From the NCBI GenBank assembly GCA_964276515.1, contig OZ193909.1, positions 14,260,001 to 14,324,000 of the forward strand: a stretch of 64,000 nucleotides of DNA, in the 5' to 3' direction. The notes under the pieces are model-generated. The model was not told where the DNA came from and did not search any database. It worked only from the letters and a program-made list of their open reading frames with translations. The position numbers were made by a program, and so were the translations under genes. The DNA comes from Gordius albopunctatus. Lineage: Eukaryota. Within the stretch, counting starts at the first letter, position 1, and each line of letters begins with the position of its first letter. This document shows, piece by piece, positions 49,082-63,725 of this stretch.

Positions 49082-51037
49082 GTCTATATGTTCTACTTCC
49101 ATTGTTCTATTTCCGTATACAGTGCAACGCGTACGAATTAGTGATGGTGAAATAGCGTTTGATAGGCGCTAAAGCTATAGCACATAGTCACGCGGAGGTG
49201 CTACAGTTATAGCATATAGTCGCGTGGAGGTGCTACAGTTATAGGGCGCTAGAGCTGTAGGAGATAGTCACATAAGGTGCTAGAGCTCTAGCGTGACGCT
49301 ATCATTGTTATGAATTGTTATTGTTAATTAAGATCAACGTACTTGAAAATAAGTTGGATGAATAGTTTAGTATAGCGGTATGTAAGATGGGAATGCGTAA
49401 GTTTATTAACATTAAGATTAATGGGCTAGGAAGTAAGTTTGGATGAGTTGAAAATAAGGCCGGGGTTAGTTTAATAGCTATTCCTCTTTAGGATAGGTAG
49501 GGATAATAGAAAATAAGCAAATAGAGCAACGACCTCAGGAGGTTAAGGAACCCTGTCATTAAAAAACCCATGTATCCCGTTAAAATTCATTAATTATTTT
49601 TCCTTGCTATTTTTCCCGCGCCGTCTTAATAATCTGATTACCCCAAAACTTTTATCCGTGGAGCTGTATCACTGTATCCCCTATAACTTTTTGAACCGCC
49701 ACTCAAGCACCTAGAATTACCGGAAAGACTTTTCCCGCTGAAACATTTCGTGACATATATTGACTATAAAGATTGAATAAAATCCTAGAATTTGCCTATT
49801 GTCGACTGATATAACACCAAAAAAATTCTTGAATGTGCTTATTGTCAATTCAGATATAAATGAAATAAATCCTTGAGTAAGCCTATTGTCAACCTAACAG
49901 CAGACTAATAAATCCCGCAAACTTAATTACAAGAACGAGCGTTTACGACTAAAGACTCGAGCTAGCAGCTAAAACCCTTTGGAAATATAGCCCCAAACCA
50001 AACAACAAACGTAACAGAAGCCAAGAATTGGAAATTTTTTCAGTTTTGTTAATAATTGATCCTTATGTATTTACACGCTTTTCGACCTGCTGACCAATGG
50101 AAAAAATCACTGGCCAAAGTGTATATCGAAATTTTTTATTCTATTTTTTGACCTTATATAATTTCTTTCCGACGTCTCACCGCACCCCACACCCCTTAAA
50201 AGGTTCTTTATATTTATCGTTTCACAAATTGGTTTGCCCCGTCCCTTTTTGATAATAAAACCGCTATCCACCAACCTAACCCTGAATATAGTGCAAATTT
50301 TTTACCTTCATTTCACTGTCGCAACTAAAATTCGCACCGTAATCCATTCATTTACTCGCTAGATTAGATAAAATGTTACTATTTCATTTTTGCTTTGTTG
50401 TTTTTTATACTGTACATACGCGTATGATTTTGAATAGAGTCTATATTCATAATTTAAATTATGTCCCTTACACCAAATTGTTTAAATTTATAGAGTATCA
50501 AATAAACTCTTAATTAAAAGTTGTACGTTTTGGAAGGATGACTATTGGTTTTTTCAAGGTCATACTCTTTATTTGCGTTCCATTCGCCATTTCGCCTATT
50601 CCTCAAAATCAAGTGTAAAATGCAAACAGATGACTTAGTTTTTTCAATACAAATATTAAAAAGGCTAAATTTTTGTAAAAATTGCTATAAAACATTTATT
50701 AATACTTAAATTATTAATATTCAAATAGTATATTTAAAATAAACTATAACGTTGTACGAGTATTATCTGACTCCCTGCTTAACCATTACCCCCCCCCCAT
50801 AGGTATTCTCGCCCCTTCTGCCATCTTCCTGGCTACGCTCATGTACTTTAATGACAAAATGGGCATATAAACATAAGATACTTTTTATCGGCGTATTGTT
50901 TACAATTATAAATTATATAAAATTAAGAAATGTTAATAACAAACTATTAACATAAACAAGCTAAGGCAGTTCATTTTGGCAGTTCAAAGTTATCAGGTTT
51001 TAAAACTTATTCAACACTTTTACCTTTTACTAATAAT

Positions 51038-53773
51038 ATGGCATATCTTTCATTCCATCTTAATTTGTTCTTGCAAATTTTGGGAAACCTAATATATATG
51101 ACTGATTCCCAGACAAACACTTGTAAGTGTTATTTGTATAATTATTAAAATAGTAAAGTTGTTTAATTATTTTATTAATTAAAGATTTTATATGCGGACA
51201 TAGAGCAAAACCATATATCAAAAACTTTTTAATCTAACGTTTCTTCTTTTCATAATTCAATCGAATGTTTTTTGCTAGCAACAAATTGAGATTTCCAAAA
51301 GTAGTATATCCTATTTTAATATGGAAAGAGTCTATTTAATTGTAAGGTAGTTTGTAGTTTTTCAATGAATGTCAAAAAGGAAAAGAACCCTCGTGGGAAG
51401 GGGAGGAGGGGAAGGGAAGGGGGAACGAAACTCATCCATACTCCGTATAAAAGTAGCATATTTGCTATGCAATTTATGGGCGATAAAGGTGGGAAGGGGC
51501 GAGAATGCCTATAGGGGGGTGGCTACGCCTCTGGTTTCTCACCTTTGTCTTTAAAAAGCAATTTAATCAAAACAATTAAAAGCACATAACAAATTTATAA
51601 TTTTTAAATAGCTATGTTTAAAAGTAAAACTTTTTTAATTTAGTTACTATAATTCTTAAAAGGAATATTTTATTGCATAAAAAATGTCCAAACCTTTAAT
51701 ACAATCCATATAAATATATTAATAAACCCTAATTTTGGATAGAGATCCATTTTCACATCATACTAATTACTAACTGTGCATGAGTAAGTTAGGTTTAGCT
51801 AAGTTAAATCAAAGGGTAAGAATAAAAATGTTGACTAGTGCCTCAAAAAGCGAACAGTAAGGCTAAATGTTAATTTAAAACTTACTGTACGTGTAGTTCC
51901 AGCTCAATCGAGGTGTATAAAAATTTTAAAATCTTCCAAAAATAGTTTTTTAATGTTTTAAAAGGCCAAATATTCGAAATTAATATTTCCAGGAAGTGAA
52001 AATTATATACTGAGATTAAAATAAGTTGAGGAAAATATTAAAAACAAAATTAATATTTAAAAGCATATATTATTTAAAAGAATTTTCCGATTGAAAATTT
52101 GAGTGGCTCCCAAATTGCGTTTAACAAGAAATTAAATAAATGATTCATATATATAGATTTTAATTTTAGAATATTATAAGTTACTTATGCCATAATCATA
52201 TTGCCTGCAATTAGTTACCTATGAATAAAACAGTTTATCTTATATATGAACAACATGAAGTTTATATTTACATTTCATTTTTAAATCAAATATCCAGTAA
52301 AGTTTTTGAATTTTAATTTTGATAAGCTTGATGATATTGCAAAAGTAGTAATATTCTTAGACTCGACCCGAAGATTTAAATTAATAAAAGGTCTTTTTGA
52401 TTCCAATCCAATTTTACTAAAAATAAATGAAAATTCCTGATCTTAATTTGACATATTAATAAAACAATAAATAAATAAAATCATATCTTTAATTTTATTT
52501 AATATAACTATTTAATAACCATTTTTTCATTAAAAAGTATTACAATTTATCTTATACAATTAAATTAAAATTAATAATCGGATACATGAAAAGGTATTAT
52601 AAATAAAATTGAATGTATATAAGTAATTGCTTTTAGGCATACTGTCCAATCCTAAATATTATTTTCACTATATTTATTTTAGCCGAACTTCTCGCAGTTA
52701 TATGCGTGACGAGGCACGGGGCTAGAGCTATCTTTCCGAAGTATGCATATGCATCGTATAATAAATCGGAACAAAGGTGGCCTTATGGATATGGAGGAAT
52801 CACAAATGTCGGAATTAATCAAAGCTATCAGCTAGGTACTATTATAAGGTCTAAATATTTTGGAAACCATGACCTTCACTTGGCTCCATCACCATCTAAT
52901 TTCAATACTCATTTGTTATCCACAAACTCAGATAGAACTATTACGAGCATGTTGGCCATCTTAATAGGAATCAGCAACAATGATCCTAAATATTCTTTAA
53001 CTCAGGAGCATATGGATATTTTGGCTATAAACAAAACTCTACCTTATGAGTGGTCAGTCAAAATTCCTAATAATATGACAACTTTGTTAGAGTCCTGCTT
53101 TTTAATGGGCAGCCTTAAAAATTGTAAAAAGCTCAGTCAAGGTATGCAACATATTTCTCGATCGAATAATAGTGAATACAATAATTTATTGATAAACCAA
53201 ACGGCTTTCTTACTTTCGCTAAAAAATTATACGAGCGAAGGTATCATAGACGATCGATTGCCTGCCAGGATATTTGAAGTGCTAAAAACCTTGAACGAAA
53301 ATGGAATGGGTTTGCCTGCGTGGGCCAATAAAACTATTTACACGAATTTGGCTCACTTAATGTTGTCTTTCTACAATTACATCTCAAACAAGAGTCGCAT
53401 GCTTGATGACTTATTATATCATTTAGTTGAAGATATTAAATTAAAATTTATTAACAGTTTTAACCGAAGGACTAAAAATTTAGTTATTTACGTTGCTCAC
53501 GATTATCAAATTATTCATCTACTAAATTTTTATAATATAACGCTGGATGATACACCAAATGTGTCTTCCACATTAATATTAGAATTGTGGAAAAGTCGAT
53601 CTAATGCGTCCAAAGATGAAAGTGAAATCAAATTTTATTTTAAGCCTAATCATGTCCATCCAGAATACGAAGCGAGAAGTTCTTTAAGTTTGGCAGCTTT
53701 TAACAGTCTTTCTTTAAGAAAGCCTTCATTTAATGACACACAAAGTTTTGTTAGTTATTGTAATAACAAATAA
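51038..53773 (+). CDS. Histidine acid phosphatase (lysosomal/prostatic/venom type); exons 51038-51122 and 52683-53773 (391 aa)
   Basis: ELLAVICVTRHGARAIFP (RHGxR) and YVAHD catalytic motifs, many NxS/T sites; putative leader exon (T|GTAAGT, phase 1) matches acceptor TTTTAG|CC; exon 1 is less certain. Confidence 0.85.
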
Positions 53774-54286
53774 TTTCAATTTACGATATTTACGATATAC
53801 GATTTTTTAACATATCTCTTTCTTCATTTATTTTATTAATTATTTTTAATCAAATTGTAATAAAACCCCATCATTGTACTTATGTAAAATTATGTCTTAG
53901 TTGTTTTATCATTAGTAAATAGTTATAATTCATCATACAATTATTTAACGAACAAAAGATTTTGGGAACTTTAACTACTCTTGCAATCACTAAGTCCCTT
54001 GTTAAAAAATGTTCAGGCAACATAATATTGATCACTATAAAAACCTTTAAGCATGGAAACAGGATTTAATTTAATATTGACAAAAAATTGACTTTTATTA
54101 AAGCAATCGCGTTATTGAGCATAAATTTACTAAGATTAAAAAGTCTTTTTTTATATAATTAATTTTCTTAGTTAATAATATTCAATTGCTCTGCCGTTAT
54201 ATTGTTATATAATAAATATGTACAAATTTTTTACTAATCATAAATTATGTTATACCTTTAATTTTCATTAAGTTTATAGTTTTTTA

Positions 54287-55348
54287 TAGTGCTGTAAGTG
54301 AACGCGTTCAAATTTTATGAACGCGTTCATGAACGGCGTTCTTTTATTTTTTGATGAACTTTGAACGTGAACGCGTTCCTTTTTTGATGAACGCGTTCGA
54401 ATTTAACGTTCGTTCAATTTTAAAAACTCTTTTTTGTTTTTATTTATTTGAAAATTAATGTCAATCCGAATTTTTAACAAAAAAGTATTATATTTTTTAA
54501 TCAGCTGTTTTTCCTGTTTCCTATTACCAATTCCGAAATACTTTTAACATACTATAACGTGCAAAAGAAGATAAGATTAAAGTTAATTAGTTTTATATTA
54601 TTAATTATAGTTTAATTTATAGGTTAATATGGAAAATCATAATATTATATCGTCGTCATCTTCAGATTCTGAATATTCGCCATGGCCAAAATTAGAAAAA
54701 TATTTTTCACTCGTTTCATATAAAAGATCAAATTCAATAATTAAAATGAACCTATAAAGAATAAACTTTTAGTGTTATTGAAAAAGGGGATTGAAACCCC
54801 TAGAATTAATAATGAAAGAGCTGTCAATTCCGAGATATTATTTTTTGGCGAGGAAGTAGAGGGCGCATTGGAGGATGATATCTTGTCGCAATTTTTTGAA
54901 GCGAGGGACAAAGCATTAAAAGTTTTTAATAAATTTCCTACTTTAAAAAATTTGTTTATTAAGTATAATACTAAAATCCCCTCATCTGCCCCTGTGGAGC
55001 AGGTTTTTAGTATAGCTAATGCTGTATTAACTGCCAAGCGTTCCTGCTTATCAGAAGACAATTTTGAAAAACAATTATTATTAAAAATAAATAAGAAAAT
55101 AGATTATATTGATTTATAATAATATTGTCGAAATAAAACTATTATTTTTTATCATGGCTATTTATTCTATTAAAAAATATAAGACATTTATTTATATTAA
55201 ATTAAACTTTAAAAAAAAGTATCATAAAATTTTGAACGAACGTGAACGCGTTCCTTTTCTTTTTAGACGAACGTGAACGCGTTCGATTTTTGTCAATTAA
55301 CGTTGAACGCGAACGCATTCGATTTTTTTACAAATGTTTACAGAACTA
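54287..55348 (+). mobile_element. Internally deleted hAT element
   Basis: TIR TAGT(G/T)CTGTAA, TSD GTTTTTTA, GAACGCGTTC subterminal repeats, ORF 54772-55119 FPTLKNLFIKYNTKIPSSAPVEQVFS. Confidence 0.9.
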
Positions 55349-57834
55349 GTTTTTTATAATAAAGTTACTGTATAAATAAATAAAATATTTTTAAAAGTAA
55401 AATGTGAAAAAATTTTGGTCGGTATTACATGGACATGCTATTACTCTAGCAACTGTAGTATGACAGATGCCAGCCGTGTTAAATATGAGCTGCCAATCAA
55501 TCACAGGTCAATTTGCTATTTTTAGGCGTTATATTTTGGTTATAATATTAAATTTGTAAAATTTTCAGGTATTGAAAATTTTTGTATAATTAAATATAGA
55601 CAAGAAAGAAAGAAGATAAATACAAATACCTAAGCTATATCATTTTCGTACCAGTAGTAGCCACGACCCTCGGTAACTTAGGTCCCTAGGGTAGCCAATT
55701 CCTATAACAAATTTCAAAATATATAACCTCCATTACACACGATCCCAAAGAATACTTTTTTATCAGGCAAAAGATCACAATGGAAATCGTTAAATCCAAC
55801 ACGATTTCCATACACGGATCAATGCCATCCGTTTAGTTATAACGCGTTTTTAATAGTTTTTAGTCGTGTATGTAATTTTTTTATATACCATATCCTAATT
55901 AATAAAAAATATTTACTTTATACTTTATTTTGAGGCATAGATTTTCTTTCACTCATTGTTATTTATCAAATTCTAAACCAATAAAAAATATTATTTATGG
56001 CGAAGGGAAAGCAAATAGAAAGAATTCCTTGGAAAAGCCAAAAATCATTCTTCCAAAACGTACAACTTTCAATTGAGAGTTAAAGCGGATTCCTTTAACC
56101 TATAATACAGTTTAAATAATTATTTTTTGATACTTTATAAATTTAAACAATTTTGGTGTAAGCGACCCATAATTTGTATTATGACTATAGACTCTATTTA
56201 AATCATTCGCAATGTATGGTAAAAACAACATAGCAACAATTAAATGGTAACATTTTATCTAATCTACCGAGTAAAAGAATGGATTATGGTGCGAATTTTA
56301 GTTGCGACAGTGAAATGAAGGTAAAATATTTGCACTATATTTAGAGTTAGGTTAGTGTATAGCGGTTTTATAAGCAAAAAGGGACGGGGCAAACACATTT
56401 GTAAAACTATATATATAAAGACCCTTGTAAGAGGTGTGAGGTGCGGTAAGACGTGGGGGAAAAATTATATAACAAATTATTAAATAGTAGAAATAATCTT
56501 TGATATTGGGATAATTCCTATTCAATTGATATGCAAACCCAATACTATTAGAAAATGAATTAAAAAACGAAAAAAAGTTCTACTCAGATCATAGCCATTG
56601 GTCATTTTTTCCATTGATCCGACGGCAAATAGCATGCTAATATAATATATAGAAACAAATTTCTTATCACACTTTGGCCAGTGTTCATTTTTTCAATTGG
56701 TCAGGACGGCCAAATAGCCTATACTTATAATATAGAAAAAATTCGATCTACACTTAGGCCAGTGGTCATTTTTTCTAATGGTCAGCAGTCAGCAGACGGT
56801 CAAAAAGTGTATAAATACATAATGGCCAAATATTTAAAAAAAAGAAAAGAATTTTCAATCACACTTTGGCCAGTGGTCATTTTTTCCTTTGTTCAGTAGC
56901 CAGCAGACGGCCAAAAAGCCTATATGTTAAATCTTATTAACAAGAACGCTATATTATCAATGCAAAATTTAGGTTAATAAAAAAAAAATAAAAAAATTCA
57001 CTAAACAACAAATATACAATTAAAACATCATTAATTAGCAGGAAATTTTTTAGCCAGTTTTGCAAGCATCCGTTATAAAGCAATAACTTATGAATATTGT
57101 CAAAATAAATTCACAAAACAGCAATTATAAATATCAATTAACCAGAATTTTGGCCTCTGGTCGGGGTCAGATAAAATAAAAGTAAGCAACGGACATCATA
57201 ATTTTGTGGGAATCATTTAGCCAGTTTCGCAATTATCCGATATATAGCAACAACCTAGAAAAGTTTCCCAAAGAAATTTATGTATAAAGCTAATCAGTCG
57301 GGCCCAACATCAATAATGGATATTGGGCATCGGGCGAGATTAAAAAAATTAAAGCCAACCAGCGGTCATAAGCTAGTCTATTTGCAAAATCGAAATTTGT
57401 TGTTTGTGTTGTTGTTTATCTACTCTACTACTACTATTACCAAAACAATAACACGCACTTAATTCCTAGTGTTGAAGAGAAGGGAGGGCGCCCTCAAGTC
57501 TGGTGTAATTTGTCAATGCAAAAAATAGGGATAATTAATTTTGTATATAATTTAAAAAATAAAAGTGCTAGGATAAAAAAAAATTGTGAATACATTCCTC
57601 TCCCCTATCTCTACGTATTAAATCTATTAAACAAAATTTTTACCGACTAATTTGCAAGTTATTGACGTTTGAAAAACGCTAAAATCGCGTTTTTGGCAAC
57701 TTTGACAGCGAATATTTAAAAAACTTTACATATAGGTAAAAAAAACTAAAAACATATTTGTGTTCACCGTGAAAAACTCTACCACAATCTGCAAACAGTT
57801 TGCCGGTTAATTTTTCTTGTTGAACCGTGTAATC

Positions 57835-59075
57835 GATTAGTTAAATGGGCAGCAAAGCTCTTACACTATGATTTTTATATTAAATATTTATCTGGATCAA
57901 CAAATAAATATGCGGATGCTTTATCACGTTTAATTCCTATTTCGAATTATTCCGACCCGAAATTGGATCCCGAAAATAAATTAATTAAACTAAGCTTAAT
58001 AGACGACTTATCCACTAAACGTAAAACTTTGATTAATGAAACTTCGAAAGATGATGTACTAAAAAAAGTTATAAAATTATTTTAAAATAATTGGCAAGGT
58101 GATGTTTCCAATGGAAAAGTAAAAAATATTTCGATTTGAAAAATTATATATCATGCGAAGATAACATATTATATCTCAATGATAGACTCATTATACCCTC
58201 TAGTTTGAAATCAGAGATTTTAAAAATACTACATAATAGGCACCCAGGGATTGGAGCCATGAAATCTCTAGGAAGGTTTTACATATTTTGTACCAACTTA
58301 AATAATGACATGTAATAATTGTCAAGAAGTTAGACCATCAGCGAAATAAGTACCAATGTCTTCTTGGAATATTTCCAATAAACCTTGGGAAAGGATCCAT
58401 ATTTATTTGGCCTGGCCAATATCCAACAATTATTGGCTGGTATGCATTGATGATCTTACAAAATGGCCTCAAGTTATGGTTATTAGGCAAATCAGCATTT
58501 TTAACATAATTAAAACTTTTCCGCGTTTTGTTTTCCAGATATGGAATTCCACGATACATATTTAGCGATAATGGACCATGAATTACGTCGGACCAATTTA
58601 AAACTTTCTGCCGAGCAAACTGCATTCAACATTTTTGAGGCGCACCTTACCATCCTAGAACTAATGGTTTAGAGGAGAGATACATTAGGACAATTAAAAG
58701 CAAAATTTTCGCGGGGAGGAGACAGGGGTTAGATGATCATCAAAATTTGTTGCAAGTTTTATTTAATATGCGTACGACTGTGAATACCACTACTGGTATG
58801 AGTCCGGGAAAAGGCATGTTTAACCGAAGACTCCGTACACTCGACCAACTAAAATTGACGCGCAATTATAGAATTGGTGATGCCTTCTGGAAACAAAAAT
58901 ATTATAGAAACCGAAGGTTAGAATATAGAGACTTTACACCGAATCAAGAAGTCTGGGTAAAGAACAACCGATCTTCTGGCTGGAGAGAGAGTAGATTTTT
59001 ACAAAAAACAGTTACCTTACATACGATGTGCAACTCTACAACAGTACACAACAAAAACAACCAGATCAAATGAGA
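57835..59075 (+). mobile_element. Degraded Gypsy pol relic (RNase H end to integrase)
   Basis: RLVKWAAKLLHYDF..ADALSRL, LHNRHPG, KPWERIHI, SDNGP, APYHPRTNGLEER, with many stops. Confidence 0.85.
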
Positions 59076-59077
59076 CT

Positions 59078-60700
59078 AGGAATGGATATTTTCCCGGGAA
59101 ATTCGCTTAAGGGAAAATACGGGAAATAATGGGAAAAAACGGGAAATAATTGGAAAAAACTGGAATTAAAGGGAAAAAACAAGAAATTAAGGGGAAATAA
59201 CGAGCAAGACAGGTAAATTAGAATAAAAAAATGTTCATGAGTATGATTAAGATTAATAAAATTTATTAGTCAAACAATATAAAGAGGCAAATACAAGAAA
59301 ATCATAAATTAATATAAATCCTAGTTATAAATATTAAATATCAGAAACAGAATCTTCGTTCAGTGAAGACATTGCCAATGCTAATTTTTCATCTAATTTC
59401 TCTTGCTGAGTTTGGGTCATGCTATCAAAGTAACTAATAATATTGGATGTTGATGGTTTTGGGTCACATGAAGCAGATGTTTGTTGTATAGGGCATTTTT
59501 CAAGCATTACCTCACAAATTGATGATTGTGGAGAGGGGGGCATTAAGAAAATTTCTTGACAATTCTTTTCCTTTATAAAATCTGGGCACTTAGCTATATG
59601 ATTTGTCATTTTGGTTGAGTTTGGAAATGTATATTTTAAATTGCAATAATTGCAAACAGCAATACAACCTTTCTTATTTAAAGATAAATGTTTAGAAAAA
59701 TGTTTCCAAATGTCAGATGTTTTTCTTGGCATCTATTAGTCAAAAAAACTAACTATTAGTCAAAAAATAAGTTGAATAATATTAAATTTTTACATTTATT
59801 GTTTTCAAAGGATTACAGATTATTTTTACCTTAATTGTGTGTACATTCAGTTTAAATATAATGTAGAAATTTTAATTTAGTTAGATATAACAAATACTTC
59901 TATATCCAAAAACTAAATACTAGCATAAAATAAATATCTATTTAAGATTACTTGATTTGAAATTGGTAAAAAATATTTTCACAGTTAATGGCAATAAAAA
60001 TATAATAGATTTTGCTAAATATTTTAAATATTCAAGCATATGTAAATTTACCTGTTAATATAACTTAAAAGCTTATCAAGGACTATTGTAATAATTAATT
60101 TCAGTGTAGATTGCAAATTCTCTAATGTTAAATAACAAGTTGATATATTTTTTAAATATTACTTATACTTACTATTAAGTTGGTATATAATATTTTCAGA
60201 TTTAGAGTAAAATGACAATATAAAATTTAAATGATTTTGCTAAATATTTTAAATTTACAAGCATATGTAAATTTACCAGTTAATATAACTTAAAAGCTTA
60301 TCTAGGATTATTGTAATAATTATTTCAGTGTAGATTGCAAATTCTCTAATGTTAAAAGTTGATATATTTTTTAAATATTACTTATACTTACTATTAAGTT
60401 GGTATATAATATTTTCAGGTTTAGAGTAAAATGGCAATATAAAATTTAAATGATTTTGCTAAACATTGAATTAAATTTACAAGCATGTGTAAATTTACCT
60501 TATATGGAAAGAATTTTACACTAGAGAACTAATTGTTAATGTAACTATAAGGGTATATTGTTTTACCTGATTATTGAGATAATTAACTTTAGTGTAGATT
60601 GCAAAATCTTATAAGTTAACAACTAGATGTTAATAATATTTAAGCAAATTTTCACAAATTATAAATTAGGAAATATTTAAAATATTGGTTACCACGAGGT
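59078..60700 (-). mobile_element. hAT-like element with BED zinc-finger remnant; right boundary uncertain
   Basis: ORF 59334-59732 SDIWKHF..CNYC..NHIAKCP; GGGAAA subterminal repeats 59097-59200; ~222-bp tandem repeat x2.5 at ~60010-60620. Confidence 0.65.
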
Positions 60701-60986
60701 AAATATGAAATTAAAGTAAATTAAAATAATATATAACTTAAATTAGATCATATATATTTAATTAAAAATATGGGAAATAGGAATCCAAGTCTTCCAGTGT
60801 AAAACTATGTTGACGCTCGAATATTAGTAGAAAATAAAATAAAAATTATTAAAATTTTGGTAGATTCACATGGGGGTAGTCAGCATTGGAATTACAGAGG
60901 GGGTCAATAATGATTAAGGAAGGGGCAAAATGATCATTTTTTGAAATTTCAGCCTTAATTTTATTTAATTCAATAAATTTTTGGAT

Positions 60987-63725
60987 TTAGAGAGGGTTGC
61001 AGCCGCCCATTCCTGCCCCCATGTTGATTACCAAATCGGGTGTAACATAATTCCCGGGAAACGTTCCGAATGCCTTGGATTTAGATTGATAACCAACGAA
61101 TAATCCATCTTCGCATTTTTGTACGACGTAAAGGATGTCACCTTGCGTCAATTCAATTTCATCGTCGTTTTGGGGTTTGTAGGCATAGAGGGTCGGTATC
61201 TTTAACGAAAGAATCAATGCTTACTCTTTAAAAAAACATGATCCTCACGAGAAAACTTTTGATTTTTAATCATGGAATAATGTTTATTATTTGTTTGGCA
61301 ATCCTTAAGCCGGCCCCACTCTAGGATAAACTGTCATGCTGTGTGATGTCCCGTCTCGCGACACTACATTAACATTCCCCTAACCCCCCCCCTAGAGACC
61401 TGCACTGTCGGACCAAAGGCCGGCCAGGCCCGGAAAAACCAGAGCTGGAACGGGCCAGGGCAGGGCCTATTTTGAGGTTTTAAACTTCCGGTCTCGGGTC
61501 GGGCCCTAGAAAATCGATTTTGCAGGCCTCTACTCCCACCTCATGGGAAAACTGTTGTGTCAAGCCACTCATCCAGAATTGCATAGCAAATTTAAAAATT
61601 ACTTTGATAGGAAGTTTAGAAGAGTCTAGATTTGCAGCTTAAACACATATAAACCTTTTTAGGACAGATATATAATTGAATGTAAAACCATAAAAGTCTA
61701 GAATATGGCATGTTTTAACTTGATGGCTTTATTATAAGTTTAGAAATATTTTCTCACTTGGCATTAAATATATATATATATATATATAGAATTAATCATA
61801 AATGTATAAAAATATGTTTGCAGTTGTTTTTCGTATATACAAAAATCATATACCTTTAATCAGTCTTGGTAGGAAGCAGTAAAAAGGGTAACATAATTTA
61901 AACACGTAACAAGGCCAAAACTTTTATGTTAGTAATGATAACAAGTTATTTAACTCATTTTACCTAGTTAATTTAGCCGTTTTTATTTGGTTGGGCTTTT
62001 TGCTTTCTGAAACCGATAGACTCCTCATACCGTTCCCGATTCTATCACCATCTGGTAAATTTAAATAAGGCAAAAGTGCTAAAATTTAAAGTCATTTTAA
62101 TAATTAGTTAAATATATCAATTTTACGGCATTGAAAAATATGCAATCATATACTAAGTTGACAACGTGGCTTAGCCAGGATTGGAATTAGAGGGGGGCAC
62201 TTATATTAGGGAGGCGCAAAATGACAATTTTTTTAAATTTTAGCCATAATCATATGAAATTGTAAAGAATTTATGGAATTAGAGGGGAGCGGCCGCCCTA
62301 CTCTGCCACCCTCTGGACACGCTCACTCATGTATATAGGGTAGAGCTGAAATGCTTCTTACTACTGTATTTATGATCTGCATATGAGTTTTCTTTTGCTG
62401 GTTCCCTTAAAACATCCAGGTAGGATTTAGGGATAAGACCGATCGATCCTTTCTCACCAATGTGCCCTTCGTGCCAATTACGATCCAACTCGGCTACTAG
62501 GTTAAGAACTTCATCCTAAAAGGCGGAATTTAAATGATGAATTTTCTATTAAGATTTATATATGACTCGTTTCAATCAATGGGCGTCATATGGTGTTAGA
62601 TAGGCCTTATTTAAGTCAAGTCCGTTAGATAAGGGGGTTTATTAATGAATAAAGACCGCAGGTTCGAATTAAATGTCTAAATGGGGAATAAGAGATCAAA
62701 GTAATTGGTTTCCATCACTTTACGAAAGGTGAGTTCGGATGGGTATTGGCTGTTACAATTGTATTTCGCTATTGCTACTCCATTACCATGTTGGGCATTT
62801 AGCAACGCAGCTTCTTCTATGCTAATCATTACCTTTAGAATAAAAAATAATCCCATCAATTTGCAAACTTAATTTTATTTATTAATTAATAATTGAATTA
62901 ATTTTTATGGTCGAAAATAAATTAACATAACAACAAATCTAATTTAAAAATTAACTTTGACGTAATTGGCTGGAAAAATCCCGATCATGCCCACGTGTTC
63001 TCCCTCGAACCAATTTGGATCTATCCTCCGGAGCATGTATAAAACGTCGTCCTTATCAAATGAAATCTCCCTGACAATTTTAGTTGTATATAATATATAA
63101 TTTAAATGTTTAAAAAAACTTTGAATTTTTGGCCACGAATCGATAAAGTGCTCGGGCTTTGGCCCTTATCACGGGCCCGGGTCTGGTCGGACCCGATAAG
63201 CTATAACGACGTCCATTCTCCATTCGCTCCGATCGGTCAGGCCCGTGGGATTCGGTTAAGATTCGGTGTTTTTCGGAAACTTTGGAAACATCTTCGGGAG
63301 GACCAGTTGTGTAAACTAGATTCATGTAACGGTTCACGGGTATGGGGGAGTTTGAAGAAGGCCTAGTTACCAAACAAGAGCTCTTACAAGAATTACACTT
63401 TATGGAGACCGTTAAAGGTGAATGATAAACATATAGTTTCACGAGCCTAGTCAAGCCTGGGGGGGGGGCAGCTGCCCCCTCTAAATCTAAAAATTTGTTT
63501 AAATTTATTAAAATTATGGCTATTATTTCAAAAAATGATCATTTTGCCCCTTTTTTAATCATTATTGCCCCCCCCTCTAATTCAAATGCTGGCTACGCCC
63601 ATGTATAGCTAATTTAAATATTTTGATGTAAATGAAATAACTTACACATATCCATGCCGACGATCTTCCAATTTTTTAAGTTCATCTCGCGATTTTCGCA
63701 TCTTTTCATGCTCGATCCAATCATC
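60987..63725 (-). CDS. CAP/sorbin/vinexin-like triple-SH3 adaptor, 3' exons (63725-63646, 63362-63120, 63070-62956, 62832-62719, 62515-62362, 62051-61964, putative 61864-61854 and 61637-61603, 61199 onward); 5' part outside window
   Basis: SPIPVNRY motif, then three SH3 domains: ARALYRF..EISF..NWFEG..GIFPANYV; AKYN..ELTF..NWHEG..GLIPKSYL; LYAYKPQNDDEIEL..GTFPGNYV; true 3' end uncertain. Confidence 0.85.
61393..61532. mobile_element. Short hAT MITE
   Basis: TIR TAGAG(A/G)CCTGCA, related to 39167-39790. Confidence 0.7.
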
